Assembly: GCF_963921235.1 (NCBI RefSeq)
Contig: NC_086108.1
Coordinates: 53,880,001-53,944,000 of the forward strand
Length of the DNA stretch: 64,000 bases
Reading direction: 5' to 3'
Source of the DNA: Mobula hypostoma
Taxonomy: Eukaryota
The notes beneath the pieces were generated by a model, which made no database searches, was not told the origin of the DNA, and saw only the letters and a list, made by a program, of their open reading frames with translations. The position numbers were made by a program, and so were the translations under genes. Positions 62,365-64,000 of this stretch are shown here, one piece after another (positions within the stretch are counted from its first letter, which is position 1; every line of letters begins with the position of its first letter).

Positions 62365-62619
62365 TGTATGTTAAAATTATTTTTGTTTTAAAGATATTAA
62401 TTCATTGGATAGTGGTATACTTTTATGTTATTTGCTAATATGAGTAGAACGTCCAATGAACTCTTCAGTGCTTGCATTTAATGTACACTGAGTATATGTC
62501 AACACAGCAGTTCACTGAGGTTAGAGAAGCTTGCATTTTTGTTTTCCTGAGCACCAGATGAATCAGTGATTAATGAACAAGTGAGGAATGACACGAAAAG
62601 CTCAGTGAAGCATACAAAT

Positions 62620-63700
62620 AGGATATTGGCCTTCTTACTCAGGGACTGGAGTTTAAAAATAGTGAAGCATTGTTACAATCATATAGTGTGTCTGCACCTG
62701 CAATACTGTGTACAGTTTTGACATTACAGTTTTGAAAGGATAAACTGGCATAGTACATGGGCCAGATTAACTAGGTTGATTCCTGGGATGAGAGGATTGT
62801 CCGGTCACAAAAGGTTCTGTGTTCCTTTAAGTTTAGAAGGATGAGGATGATATAATTGAAATGTCAAGACATGGGAACATATGAAATGGTAGATGTTTCC
62901 ACTAGTGAGCAAGTCTCAGACAAGGATGCATACATACAAGGGACAGTCATTTAAGACAAAGTTGCATAGGACTCTTTCACAGAGGATGGTGTATCTTTGA
63001 AATTTTCCAAACCAGCAGGTTGTGGAGGCTCCAATGCTCATTATTTAAAGGGAATATATTTTTGAAAGATTGGAGAACTGAGAGCTATGTGAAACTGGCA
63101 CAGAGAAAAGGATTTGAGGCTTAGGGCAATTATCCACAAACAAAGTGAACGGTGCAGCAGCCCTGAAAGATCAAAAGACCGACTTTAGCTCCTATTTTCT
63201 TTGTTCTCAAGTCTTCTATCAAAAACTTGAGTATAGAGCACCATACTGACTTACGCACTATAGGAGGGATTTTATTCTGAAGGAACGCGGAGGAGATTCA
63301 CCAGTATGTTGCCTAGATTGCTGGAAGAGATTAAATAGGTTGAGCTTGTATTCCCTTAGTGAGGGAGGTTGATAGAAGAATATTAGATCATGAGAGGCAT
63401 AGATAGGGTAGATAATCAGAATCGTATTACTGTGATAGGGTATTGAAAACAAGAAGGCAAAGGCTTAGAGTGTGAGTAAGGCGTATCAAAGGATGTGAGA
63501 GCTAATCTTTTACACAAGTGTGGTTGATACCTGGAGTACATTGCCAGTGATGGTGGTGGAATGATAACAATGATTATATTTAAAGAAGCATTTCATCAGA
63601 CATTTAAATAGCAAGGCAGAGAAGACCCGAAATGGGATCAGTATAGACAGGCAAAAAGGTCAACATGGATGTGGTGGTACCAAGTCTTCATTTGGGGCAT
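62620..63700 (+). mobile_element. Two old CR1 3' fragments
   Basis: Decayed CR1 C-terminal RT and 3' UTR motifs (caatactgtgtacagttttg; ggagattcaccagtatgttgcct). Confidence 0.65.
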
Positions 63701-63706
63701 TATTGC

Positions 63707-64000
63707 GGGAGGAAAAGATGGCAGCACGACGCAGCGCGCGCAGCTCTCCGGTGAAATGATATCGTATTTGTAAGTAGGATGCCGCACACAATTCTGATTT
63801 GATGGAGACAGATGTGAGAAGCACAGAGGAACATCTGGAGAAAACTTCTGAAATGCCGGGTTCACTGCCACTGTTACTGTGCGATCGAGAATCTCCAGAG
63901 GGAAGGCCCCAAAATCCCCGGCTTTGCCTGCTGCTGGTGACCGAGGCTGGGGTCGAAGCGTTCGGCAGAGATGGTGCTCGGTACTCGGTGTCGGAGGGCT
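63707..64000 (+). mobile_element. CpG-rich 5' end of a probable retroelement, truncated by the window edge
   Basis: Abrupt CpG-rich start gggaggaaaagatggcagcacgacgcagcgcgcgc immediately after decayed CR1 sequence. Confidence 0.4.

Overview
Vertebrate nuclear DNA, most likely from a cartilaginous fish and probably a ray (inferred from the CR1/HER1-like LINEs, V-SINEs and Penelope family). The only host gene is ROR1 on the + strand. Its last five coding exons (33083-33210, 33943-34260, 35946-36191, 36816-37018, 52085-53509) encode the Frizzled CRD, kringle, transmembrane segment, pseudokinase and Ser/Thr/Pro-rich tail. Bases 1-33082 are therefore probably part of one large upstream intron; I found no Ig exon or small preceding exon. 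The rest is a dense, nested transposon landscape: CR1, Rex1/Babar, RTE, Tx1, HERO-like, Penelope, Gypsy, Tc1, Tigger, hAT and SINEs. Most notable: (1) a Gypsy LTR element whose RT/RNaseH/integrase core is replaced by an intron-less RBM25 RRM fragment, apparently retrovirus-style host-gene capture; (2) three Penelope insertions, two clearly young, built as inverted tail-out pairs with 14-16 bp TSDs and minimal hammerhead ribozyme motifs, the largest forming a ~1.34 kb near-perfect inverted repeat 1.5 kb upstream of a ROR1 exon; (3) a Tc1 derivative made of two right ends; (4) a Tigger MITE that closely resembles mammalian MER2; (5) non-coding elements sharing the Rex1 3' tail. All family assignments and comparisons with human sequences are from recalled knowledge, not database searches.
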